Assembly: GCA_902595845.1 (NCBI GenBank)
Contig: CACJRN010000002.1
Location: forward strand, 78,294 to 142,293
DNA: 64,000 nucleotides
DNA from: an uncultured Gammaproteobacteria bacterium
GTDB lineage: Bacteria > Pseudomonadota > Gammaproteobacteria > Steroidobacterales > UBA11654
Direction: 5' to 3'
Below are positions 56,222 to 64,000 of the stretch, in pieces. The translations under genes were made by a program, and so were the position numbers. The first letter of the stretch is position 1. Every line of letters begins with the position of its first letter. The notes beneath the pieces were generated by a model that saw nothing but the letters and a program-made list of their open reading frames with translations, did not search any database and had not been told where the DNA came from.

Positions 56222-58258
56222 TATCTAATAGTTATTTGAAAATTTGTTTCAAGCATTTTGATGACTTTTGACATGAAGCCGTCAATTTCAGTATCCTTAA
56301 GGGTGCGTGATTTTGCTTGAAAAATCAACCCTATAGAGATACTTTTTTGAGTGTTCTCACCATTCTCTTTATCAAAGAGATCGAACACAACGATGTCTTT
56401 AAGTTCTTTGATATCTAGACCTTGTATCTCTTCGGTCACATTGCTTATTCTATTTTTATTAGGAAGAACAAAAGATAGGTCTCTTCTTGATGAGGGGTAG
56501 TATTCAGAACTAGTAAAACTAGTTAAAGCTGGTAATTCTAGACAGTCATAATCAAGTTCAAAAAGAAAAGGATCTTGTTCAATCTTCATATCACGTGATA
56601 GCTCTGGATTAAGCATGCCGATTATTCCAATTTTTTTATTCTTTAACTTTATTTCAGCAGCAACACCAGGGCAAAGCATTGGGTGTGAGACAGGTTCAAA
56701 TTTAACGTTTTTTAGGTTGAATACTGAGAAGAGATCTTCTAAGTGACCCTTTAGATCATAGAAGTCAACAGCAACCTTAGAGTATGCCCAGCTTTCCAAT
56801 CGTCGATTTCCATATATAAGTCCAGCGATTACGTTTGTTTCTATTGGACGTCTTTTCCTACTCGAAAAATGCTTTCCGACTTCAAATATTTTAATGTCTT
56901 TGTGTTGCCGTTTGATGTTATGAGATAGATTATTGAGCAACCCAGGCCAAAGCGAATTTCTCATGACAGACATTTCGATTGAGATCGGATTTTGCAAGTC
57001 AATCATGTCTGCTTTAGAGTCGGATAATGAATTCATTGAGGGGCTAACAAAGCTATAGTTGACAACCTCGTTGTATCCCAACTGGTGAAAAATAGAATCT
57101 ATTCTTTCACGCTTTAATTGGCGAGATGATTTATTCATTAGCATCATGTTTTGTTGCTCGACATTTTCTGGAATCTGATCAAATCCATAAACCCTTGAGA
57201 TTTCTTCAATCAAATCACACTCTTCGTTGATATCGAATCGATAACTTGGTGCTTTTACGCTCCAGCCAATATAACCAAAATCCTTCTCTTTAATCTCCAT
57301 ATCAAGCCTATTAAGTATGCTCTTAATAGTTTGATTAGGGATTGTTATGCCTAATATTTGCTTGATCTTATCTTTTCTAAGAGTAATGAATTTATTTTTA
57401 GGCAGTTCTTTTTTACTGATTGATGAATGAATGGGACCATTCGATCCTCCAGCAATTTCATTGATTAGGCTTGTAAATCTCTGTATCGCATACTCCTGTA
57501 TCATTGGATCAACTCCCCTTTCAAACCTCATGCTTGCTTCACTGTGCAAGCTAAGCGACCTCGCTCTTCCCATGATTGTTTCATAATTAAAATAGGCTGA
57601 CTCTAATACAATATTTTCTGTGTCATCAGATATTCCTGAGTCAAGGCTTCCCATGATACCTGCAATACCTAATGCCTTTTTTGAGTCAGCAATGACAAGA
57701 AAATCTGAATCTAGAAGTTTCCTACTGCCATCAAGGATATCTATGGCCTCTTTGTCATTTGCTCTTCTTACAATAATTTTTTCATTAATCTTCTTTAAGT
57801 CATAAGTATGTAAAGGTTGTCCAGTTTCTAGCATCACAAAATTAGCAATATCAACGATTGCATTGATCGATTTATAACCTGATTGCTCAAGTCTTTTTTT
57901 GAGCCATTTTGGTGTATTTGCATCTTTATTTATTGACTTGATCACTCTAGTCATAAAAAACAGGACAATCTTCCTTGGACTGAACCTCAACATTCATAAA
58001 TTCCTTGTGATGTATTTCAGGATTAAGAAGATCTTCATATTTAATTTTCGCATTGTCCAAAGCACTGATTTCTTGGATGATCCCCTTATAACTGAAGCAA
58101 TCAGCTCGATTGGGGGTCAATGAGATGTCTAGAATTTCTTCCCCTTTATCTTTTTCTATCTCTGACTCAATTCCAGACAGTGTTAAGAGATCAGATAGAT
58201 CATCTGCACTGTAGTCTTTCTTGAATGACTCATTAATCCATGTAACAGGTAACTTCAT
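56221..58258 (-). CDS. pheT: phenylalanine--tRNA ligase beta subunit, interrupted by a +1 frameshift in a T6 run and lacking the B2 OB-fold domain
   Basis: The track ORFs 57947-58258 (103 aa, B1 plus the start of B3: ...LTPNRADC...EDCPVFYD*) and 56221-57993 (...[19 protein letters not shown]...) are consecutive PheT segments in frames offset by +1. They join at CCT GTT TTT TAT G, which is the plus-strand A6 at 57955-57960. Confidence 0.85.
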
Positions 58259-58260
58259 AA

Positions 58261-59244
58261 CTAGAATTGATTTAAGAAATTAAGATCATTTTCATAAAAA
58301 GATCGTATGTCTTTAATGCCATATTTGAGCATTGCCAATCTTTCCACTCCCATACCAAAAGCATATCCACTGTATATTTCAGTATTAATACCAAGATTTT
58401 CAAGAACTTTTGGGTGCACCATTCCACATCCTAGTATTTCCAACCACTTATTATCTTTAGATAGTATATCTACTTCTGCAGATGGCTCGGTAAAAGGAAA
58501 ATAAGATGGTCTAAAACGCACATCAGTATTTTCTTCAAAAAAGGTGTTAATAAATTGATGTAATATTCCTTTAAGGTGACTGAAGTTGATTCCCTTATCA
58601 ATTACAAGTCCTTCAATTTGATGAAACATGGGCGTATGAGTTATATCAGAATCTCTTCGATAAACTTTACCTGGTGCAATAACCCTAATCGGCACTCCAT
58701 CTTTTTCCATGCTTCGAATCTGAATGGGAGATGTATGTGTTCTTAGTAAATACTCAGAGTTAAAGTAAAAAGTATCATGCATTGCCCTTGCCGGGTGGTT
58801 ATGAGGAATATTTAAAGCAGTGAAATTGTGATACTCATCTTCTATCTCTGGGCCATCTTCAACAACAAAGCCTGCACCATAGAATATTTCTTCAATTTCT
58901 AATAGCGTCTTTGTTACAGGATGTCTATGACCTTGAAAATTTACTCTTCCAGGAAGAGAGACATCAATCATTTTGTTTTCAATGTTTTGATTGATCTCTT
59001 GTTTCTGTATTGATGCTTTTCTTTCTGAAAGCTTTTCTTGAATCAATGTTTTGATCTCATTGATTCTTTTCCCATGAGCTGGACGATCCCTTGGATCTAT
59101 TTCTGATAAGGATTTAAGAGCCGCTGTTACGGTACCTTTCTTTCCGAGATATTTGACTCTGATAGATTCAAGATCATTCGATGATGAACATTCATTTATT
59201 TCTTGGATTGCTGAGTTTGACAGATCTGAAAGATTGTCGCCCAT
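58261..59244 (-). CDS. pheS: phenylalanine--tRNA ligase alpha subunit
   Basis: 327-aa ORF with class II motifs (HPARAMHDTFY, FRPSYFPFTEPS, GFAFGMGVERLAML). Confidence 0.97.
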   Translation of the reverse strand: MGDNLSDLSNSAIQEINECSSSNDLESIRVKYLGKKGTVTAALKSLSEIDPRDRPAHGKRINEIKTLIQEKLSERKASIQKQEINQNIENKMIDVSLPGRVNFQGHRHPVTKTLLEIEEIFYGAGFVVEDGPEIEDEYHNFTALNIPHNHPARAMHDTFYFNSEYLLRTHTSPIQIRSMEKDGVPIRVIAPGKVYRRDSDITHTPMFHQIEGLVIDKGINFSHLKGILHQFINTFFEENTDVRFRPSYFPFTEPSAEVDILSKDNKWLEILGCGMVHPKVLENLGINTEIYSGYAFGMGVERLAMLKYGIKDIRSFYENDLNFLNQF

Positions 59245-59606
59245 CAGGCATTCTCTAATGCGGTTTTTGCTTTATCCGATATGGCTTTAAATGCATCAGC
59301 ATCATGAACTGCTAAATCTGCAAGCATTTTCCGATCAATTTCAACACCCGCAGATTTGAGTCCATGCATTAACTTACTATAAGAAAGATTATTTTCTCTA
59401 GCTGCAGCATTGATTCTAATAATCCACAATGCCCTGAATGTACTCTTTTTCTTTCTTCTGTCTCTATAAGCATATTGACCTGCTTTAGTGGCAGCTTGTT
59501 TTGCAACTTTAATCAGACGGCTTCTGGCACCATATTGACCCTTGGTCTTTTTAAGTACCTTCTTATGTCTTGCTTTAGATGTTACGCCTCTTTTTACTCT
59601 AGCCAT
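59244..59606 (-). CDS. rplT: 50S ribosomal protein L20
   Basis: 120-aa ORF beginning [19 protein letters not shown]. Confidence 0.97.
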   Translation of the reverse strand: MARVKRGVTSKARHKKVLKKTKGQYGARSRLIKVAKQAATKAGQYAYRDRRKKKSTFRALWIIRINAAARENNLSYSKLMHGLKSAGVEIDRKMLADLAVHDADAFKAISDKAKTALENA

Positions 59607-59620
59607 TTGTCTGTCCTATA

Positions 59621-59818
59621 TTAACTGTAAGGCAATAGTTTTTTTACACTCTTCATATCACCCTCTGCAATCAGCGAAGACTTTCGAAGTTGTCTTTTTC
59701 TCTTACTGCTTTTTTTAGTGAGTATATGATTCAAGTGAGAAGAACTTCGCTTGAATTTACCACTACCCGTTTTCTTAAAACGTTTAGCAGCTCCTTTATT
59801 TGTTTTTAACTTTGGCAT
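59621..59818 (-). CDS. rpmI: 50S ribosomal protein L35
   Basis: 65-aa ORF beginning [20 protein letters not shown]. Confidence 0.95.
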   Translation of the reverse strand: MPKLKTNKGAAKRFKKTGSGKFKRSSSHLNHILTKKSSKRKRQLRKSSLIAEGDMKSVKKLLPYS

Positions 59819-59827
59819 AATTAATTC

Positions 59828-60346
59828 TCAATTGTGTTTTGGTGCAACCACTGTAATGAGCTGTCTGCCCTCAAACTGGACTTCCTGCTCCACAGATGAT
59901 ATTCCCTCGATATCAGTCAGAACCCTTTTTAGTAAGTCATGTCCTAACTCAACGTGTCTCATTTCTCTCCCTCTGTACCTTAATGATATTTTTACTTTAT
60001 TTCCTTGTTCTATGAAGTCTCTTATTTTATTTACTTTAACTTCATAATCTCCTTTCTCAATCAGTGGTCGAAACTTAATTTCTTTGACTTGGATCGTTTT
60101 TTGTTTCTTTTTAGCTCCTTGCGTCTTTTTCTTTTGCTCAAATAAATACTTACCGTAATCTAAAATCTTGCAAACTGGCGGTTCTGTATTTGGTGAAACT
60201 TCAACAACATCTAAGCCTTTCCCCGCTGCCATCTCAATGGCTTCTTCTATCGGTAAAATCCCTAATTGACTACCATCTTCATCTATTAAACGAATCTCAG
60301 AAGCTCTTATTTGGCTATTCTTCCGAATCCTCTTTTTTGCAGCGAT
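59828..60346 (-). CDS. infC: translation initiation factor IF-3 (probable AUC start)
   Basis: The track ORF starts at ATG 60232 (134 aa) and lacks the IF3 N-domain. The same frame stays open upstream and reads ...AAKKRIRKNSQIRASEIRLIDEDGSQLGILPIEEAIEMAAGKGLDVVEVSP. A TAAGGAG SD spans the thrS stop, 7 nt before the in-frame ATC at 60346. This gives a product of about 172 aa. Confidence 0.88.
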   Translation of the reverse strand: MAAKKRIRKNSQIRASEIRLIDEDGSQLGILPIEEAIEMAAGKGLDVVEVSPNTEPPVCKILDYGKYLFEQKKKTQGAKKKQKTIQVKEIKFRPLIEKGDYEVKVNKIRDFIEQGNKVKISLRYRGREMRHVELGHDLLKRVLTDIEGISSVEQEVQFEGRQLITVVAPKHN

Positions 60347-60357
60347 ATTTTTTCTCC

Positions 60358-62271
60358 TTAATTATTTATTTCTTCAGTGACTCTTTCTAAAAAACTCTCT
60401 AGCTTCATATTGCCAAGATCATCACCTTTTTGAGTCCTAATGGTAATTTCCTCATCGCAAACCTCTCGGTCACCTAAAACAACCATGTAAGGTACCTTAT
60501 TTAAGGTGTGATCGCGAATTTTAGAGCCTATTTTTTCGTTTCTCAAGTCAATTTCTGCTCTTAAGCCATTTTTTTTCAGAATCTTATAAACCGAATCTGC
60601 ATAATCATGTTGTTTTTGATTAATTGGTATGACGCAAACTTGCACTGGAGCAAGCCATAATGGGAATTTTCCAGCAAAATGTTCAACCAGGATCCCAAAA
60701 AATCTCTCTACTGAACCAAGCAATGCCCGATGTATCATAATTGGATGATGTCTCTGACCATCGCTCCCGATGTATCTCATATCAAATCGCTCAGGAAGAT
60801 TGAAATCAAGTTGTATGGTTGAGCATTGCCAAAGTCTTCCTATCGCATCTTTTATTTTTATATCTATTTTAGGCCCATAGAATGCACCACCACCTTCATC
60901 AATCTCATAATTTAAGCCCCTCTGATTGAGAGCATCAGTTAGTGCATCTGTCGCTTTATCCCATATTTCTTCACTGCCGACATATTTTTCAGGTCTTGTA
61001 GCTAGATGTATTTCGAATTCAGTAAATGTGAATTTGTTAAGCATATTAATCGCTAACTCCAAGATTCCACTGATTTCTTGTTCAATCTGGTCTTCTGCAC
61101 AGAAAACATGTGCATCATCTTGTGTGAAGCCTCTAACCCTCATTAGTCCATGAAGCGCTCCAGTCATCTCATGTCTATAAACAGTTCCTAACTCAGCCCA
61201 TCTGATTGGAAATTCCCTGTAAGACCTTAATTTATCTTTATATATCAGAACATGAAATGGACAGTTCATTGGTTTCAAGCGATAGGATTGATTCTCGTCA
61301 TCTATCGGTGTGTACATTGATTCTTCATAAAAGTCTGTGTGACCAGAGGTTTGCCAGAGTGTATCGAGAGCGATGTGAGGAGTATATAACAGCTCATAGC
61401 CTGCTTTCTCGTGTTCATTTTTCCAGTAATTCTCTATTTCACTTCTAATTCTAGATCCATTTGGATGCCAGAAAACAAGCCCGCCCCCTGCATCTTCTTG
61501 GATACTAAACAAATCGAGATCCTTTCCGATCCTTCGATGATCTCTTTTTTCGGCTTCCTCAAGCTGAACCAGGTACTGATCTAGTTCTTTTTTATTCCGC
61601 CACGCAGTACCGTAGATTCTTGTAAGCATTTCATTACTTGAATCGCCTTTCCAGTATGCGCCAGAAACCTTTGTTAGTTTAAAAGCCCCAATATGAGATA
61701 AGTTTGGAAGATGAGGTCCTCTGCAAAGATCAATAAATTCACTCTTCTCATTTTTGTAAATTTGAAAATCCTGTGCTTGATCTGATTCTTCAATAATTTT
61801 TACCTTATAGTCTTCTGATAATTTTTTGAATTGATCGATGGCAGATTTCTTGTCATGAAACGACTTCCCAATTTCTGATTTCTCTTTAATAATTTTTCTC
61901 ATTTCTTCTTCTATTCGAGGAAGATCTTCTGTAGATATAGAATCCTCTGTATGAAAATCATAGTAAAAACCATTTTCAATAGTTGGTCCAATTGCCAATT
62001 TTGAGTCAGGATAAATGCTCTTAATTGCCAATGCGAGCACTTGAGCAGCTGTTGTATGTCGCATGATTTCAAGCCCTTCATCTGAATCCAGCGTGATAAC
62101 CGATAATGAACAATCAGCATTTATTGGATCACTTAAATCCTTCTGTTCTCCGTCAATATTGACGGCAATTGCACTCTTAGCGAGCCCAGGACCAATAGAC
62201 ATAGCAACATCAAGACCTGTCACACCTTTTGGCAGTTCTTTAACAGATTTATCTGGCAATGTTAATTTCAT
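60358..62271 (-). CDS. thrS: threonine--tRNA ligase
   Basis: 637-aa ORF with a TGS domain, an editing domain, class II core motifs ([22 protein letters not shown]) and an anticodon-binding domain. Confidence 0.97.
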   Translation of the reverse strand: MKLTLPDKSVKELPKGVTGLDVAMSIGPGLAKSAIAVNIDGEQKDLSDPINADCSLSVITLDSDEGLEIMRHTTAAQVLALAIKSIYPDSKLAIGPTIENGFYYDFHTEDSISTEDLPRIEEEMRKIIKEKSEIGKSFHDKKSAIDQFKKLSEDYKVKIIEESDQAQDFQIYKNEKSEFIDLCRGPHLPNLSHIGAFKLTKVSGAYWKGDSSNEMLTRIYGTAWRNKKELDQYLVQLEEAEKRDHRRIGKDLDLFSIQEDAGGGLVFWHPNGSRIRSEIENYWKNEHEKAGYELLYTPHIALDTLWQTSGHTDFYEESMYTPIDDENQSYRLKPMNCPFHVLIYKDKLRSYREFPIRWAELGTVYRHEMTGALHGLMRVRGFTQDDAHVFCAEDQIEQEISGILELAINMLNKFTFTEFEIHLATRPEKYVGSEEIWDKATDALTDALNQRGLNYEIDEGGGAFYGPKIDIKIKDAIGRLWQCSTIQLDFNLPERFDMRYIGSDGQRHHPIMIHRALLGSVERFFGILVEHFAGKFPLWLAPVQVCVIPINQKQHDYADSVYKILKKNGLRAEIDLRNEKIGSKIRDHTLNKVPYMVVLGDREVCDEEITIRTQKGDDLGNMKLESFLERVTEEINN

Positions 62272-62291
62272 ATAAGTGATTCTTTCTTCAA

Positions 62292-64000
62292 TTAATGATT
62301 ACTGATTGTAACCGATACTGATTTGAATGATGGAGTTTTACTTCTATCGTCATTATTTTGTGGTATCAGGATATTTGCTTCAGGCATATAGGTCATGACA
62401 TTTCCAGGCTTGATATCATATTCAGCAAGTTTTATTTCCTTCAAGGATCCAGTCTCGCTCTGAACATTCACTATAGATCCATTTGAAAGACCTAGTTTTT
62501 CTATGTCGACAGCACTGATGTATAAAACATTTCTTGATTTCTGTTTTCTAAAAACGTCTGACTCATCATAAATCATTGTGTTGAACTGACCTTCGCTTCT
62601 AACAGAAGAGAGATTAAATAAATTAGAGGCATTATCTTTCTTCCATTTTGTTTGAGTTGGGATGCTAAACCTATATTGAGAACTTTGAATAGATCCTCCA
62701 TCATGATCTGGAATGGGGTTTTTCTCTTCAATATCTAGATTTGGTAGTAATTCATTTATGGCCTTTACTATATCTTTATATTGACTAAAGTGCTCAAAAG
62801 CAATTCCATTCTTTTTGATAGTAGCTGCTGCTATGTCTGCAATGATTTCTACCTCAGTCTTAAGACCATTGTCTGCCTGTTTTTCATTTTGATCCCTAAA
62901 AGGTAGTATTAGGTTTTCATTACCAATACCAAATAAGTGTGTCTCATTTAGCGTTGAACTAACCATTACTTTAAAAGCAATGTTATCCAGTGCTGATTCA
63001 GAGAAGTGTCTATCAGGATTTACCGAAAATAAATTGCCACCAAGGAGAAAGGCAAACTCAATATCACCTGCTTGTGCTGATTGCATACATGAGAGCGTGT
63101 CTTTCCCCTTCCCCTTTGGCAGTTGAATATCATATGTATTCTCAAAAGACTCAAAGATTCTTTTCTTTGTAGATGAATTAAAGCCCATGAATGGCAATTG
63201 AGGGGCATTATCATGCCATCGAAGAGGTAATAAGCCCTTCCCTTTACCGCTGACCATATCTCTCAATATAGCCAAGTTTATTATTGACCCAATGTTATCT
63301 GTCCCATTGATATGGTGTGTTAGTCCCATACCCCAAGCAAAGACAGTTCTTTTTGAGGAAAGATAAAGTTCAGCAATAAGTTGGAATTCTTTGAATTGTA
63401 GACCTGAGTTGTTCTCTATTATCTCCCAAGAGATGCCATCCAAATAATTTATAAATTCCTGAAAGCCAGATATATTTTTACAGTTTGAACTTATATCAAT
63501 TTTTTCGTTTTCAATAAGATACTTTGATAAACCTGAAAACAATGCCAGGTCTCCTCCAATATTGGGTTGACAATAATGTGATGTGAGTTTTTGGAGTTCA
63601 GGCTCAACTGAGGGATTAATTGCAACAATGCGCTTACCATCTCTTTTAAATTCACGAAGAATCTTGGCAAATCTGGGATGATTTGATGTTGGGTTTGCAC
63701 CGACCACAAAAATTAAATCTGAATATCTAAGATCATCGTATGAGATGGATTTATCAGTAGCACCAATAGAAGCACTTAAGGCAATCCCAGAAGCTTCATG
63801 GCAATAGTTTGAGCATGTATTTATGTGATTACACCCAAGAGATCTCGCAAAGAGATCCAATGCGAATGAGGCTTCATTGGATGATCTTCCAGATGCATAA
63901 AAGAAGCAATTTTCTGGATTAGACTGTTCAATTCTTCTCGTGATTAATTCTGAGGCTCTTTCATAGCTGATTAAAGAGTATGTTTCATCCTCAGTAGATT
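62292..64000 (-). CDS. molybdopterin-dependent oxidoreductase, FdhF/YdeP family (partial; N-terminus beyond the window)
   Basis: The track ORF starts at an internal TTG (63860). The frame is open to the window edge and reads ...[42 protein letters not shown], typical of the family. The C-terminal molydopterin dinucleotide-binding domain is present. Confidence 0.85.
   Translation of the reverse strand, partial: STEDETYSLISYERASELITRRIEQSNPENCFFYASGRSSNEASFALDLFARSLGCNHINTCSNYCHEASGIALSASIGATDKSISYDDLRYSDLIFVVGANPTSNHPRFAKILREFKRDGKRIVAINPSVEPELQKLTSHYCQPNIGGDLALFSGLSKYLIENEKIDISSNCKNISGFQEFINYLDGISWEIIENNSGLQFKEFQLIAELYLSSKRTVFAWGMGLTHHINGTDNIGSIINLAILRDMVSGKGKGLLPLRWHDNAPQLPFMGFNSSTKKRIFESFENTYDIQLPKGKGKDTLSCMQSAQAGDIEFAFLLGGNLFSVNPDRHFSESALDNIAFKVMVSSTLNETHLFGIGNENLILPFRDQNEKQADNGLKTEVEIIADIAAATIKKNGIAFEHFSQYKDIVKAINELLPNLDIEEKNPIPDHDGGSIQSSQYRFSIPTQTKWKKDNASNLFNLSSVRSEGQFNTMIYDESDVFRKQKSRNVLYISAVDIEKLGLSNGSIVNVQSETGSLKEIKLAEYDIKPGNVMTYMPEANILIPQNNDDRSKTPSFKSVSVTISNH

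Noticed and set aside
56221-58258. Treating 57947-58258 and 56221-57993 as two separate genes.
   Set aside because: The two ORFs are consecutive PheT segments that overlap by 47 nt in frames offset by +1. Removing one T from a T6 run joins them perfectly, so this is one gene with a frameshift.
60230-60232. ATG 60232 as the infC start (the track call, 134 aa).
   Set aside because: It would remove the IF3 N-terminal domain, which is encoded in-frame upstream. The position has no SD, whereas TAAGGAG precedes ATC 60346.
1-64000. Looked for CRISPR arrays, IS elements or transposases, integrases, phage genes, toxin-antitoxin pairs, rRNA, and long (>30 bp) repeats.
   Set aside because: No spaced direct-repeat array was seen. 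No ORF has transposase, integrase or recombinase motifs, and no rRNA-like sequence is present. The only repeats seen are short (7-12 bp) and are reported individually.

Overview
This is a visibly AT-rich, very gene-dense chromosomal window with short gaps and many start/stop overlaps. No transposase, integrase, CRISPR array or rRNA was seen. Synteny looks gammaproteobacterial: thrS-infC-rpmI-rplT-pheS-pheT-ihfA-merR-tRNA-Pro, fabG-acpP and tmk-holB. The streamlined, TonB-receptor-bearing, marine-type lineage is my inference only.

Content by region:
- 1-6 kb: a remodelled fab/tmk/holB segment with two VOC genes and two tandem MFS paralogs.
- 6-14 kb: an accessory-looking locus with a TonB-dependent receptor, a secreted ASST-like beta-propeller, a crotonase, an MBL hydrolase, a VOC-like protein and two unrecognisable proteins.
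- 14-26 kb: etfBA plus assorted redox and transport genes, including TRAP dctQM without dctP.
- 26-32 kb: an HMG-CoA-lyase-like gene followed by hyuA and hyuB, next to a second copy of the VOC-like protein.
- 33-38.4 kb: a six-gene TonB2-type energising cluster (DUF3450, TtpC-like, ExbB, ExbD, TonB, TPR).
- 38.6-52.5 kb: an uninterrupted plus-strand biosynthetic block, ilvC-leuA-ilvE-leuCDB then yerC-like-hisGDCBHAF-E.
- 52.5-64 kb: housekeeping genes.

I found no unambiguous new multi-gene system such as a defence island. The most notable observations are:
- a candidate Leu/Ile-rich leader peptide and attenuator in front of ilvC;
- a TrpR/YerC-like gene fused to the front of the his operon, with a perfect palindrome at its promoter;
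- hisF lacking a canonical start codon (probable AUU start);
- pheT split by a T6 homopolymer frameshift and lacking the B2 tRNA-binding domain;
- the uncharacterised TBDR-associated locus;
- a duplicated two-domain VOC-like protein of unknown function.

All product names come from motif and synteny recognition by eye. No database search was run.
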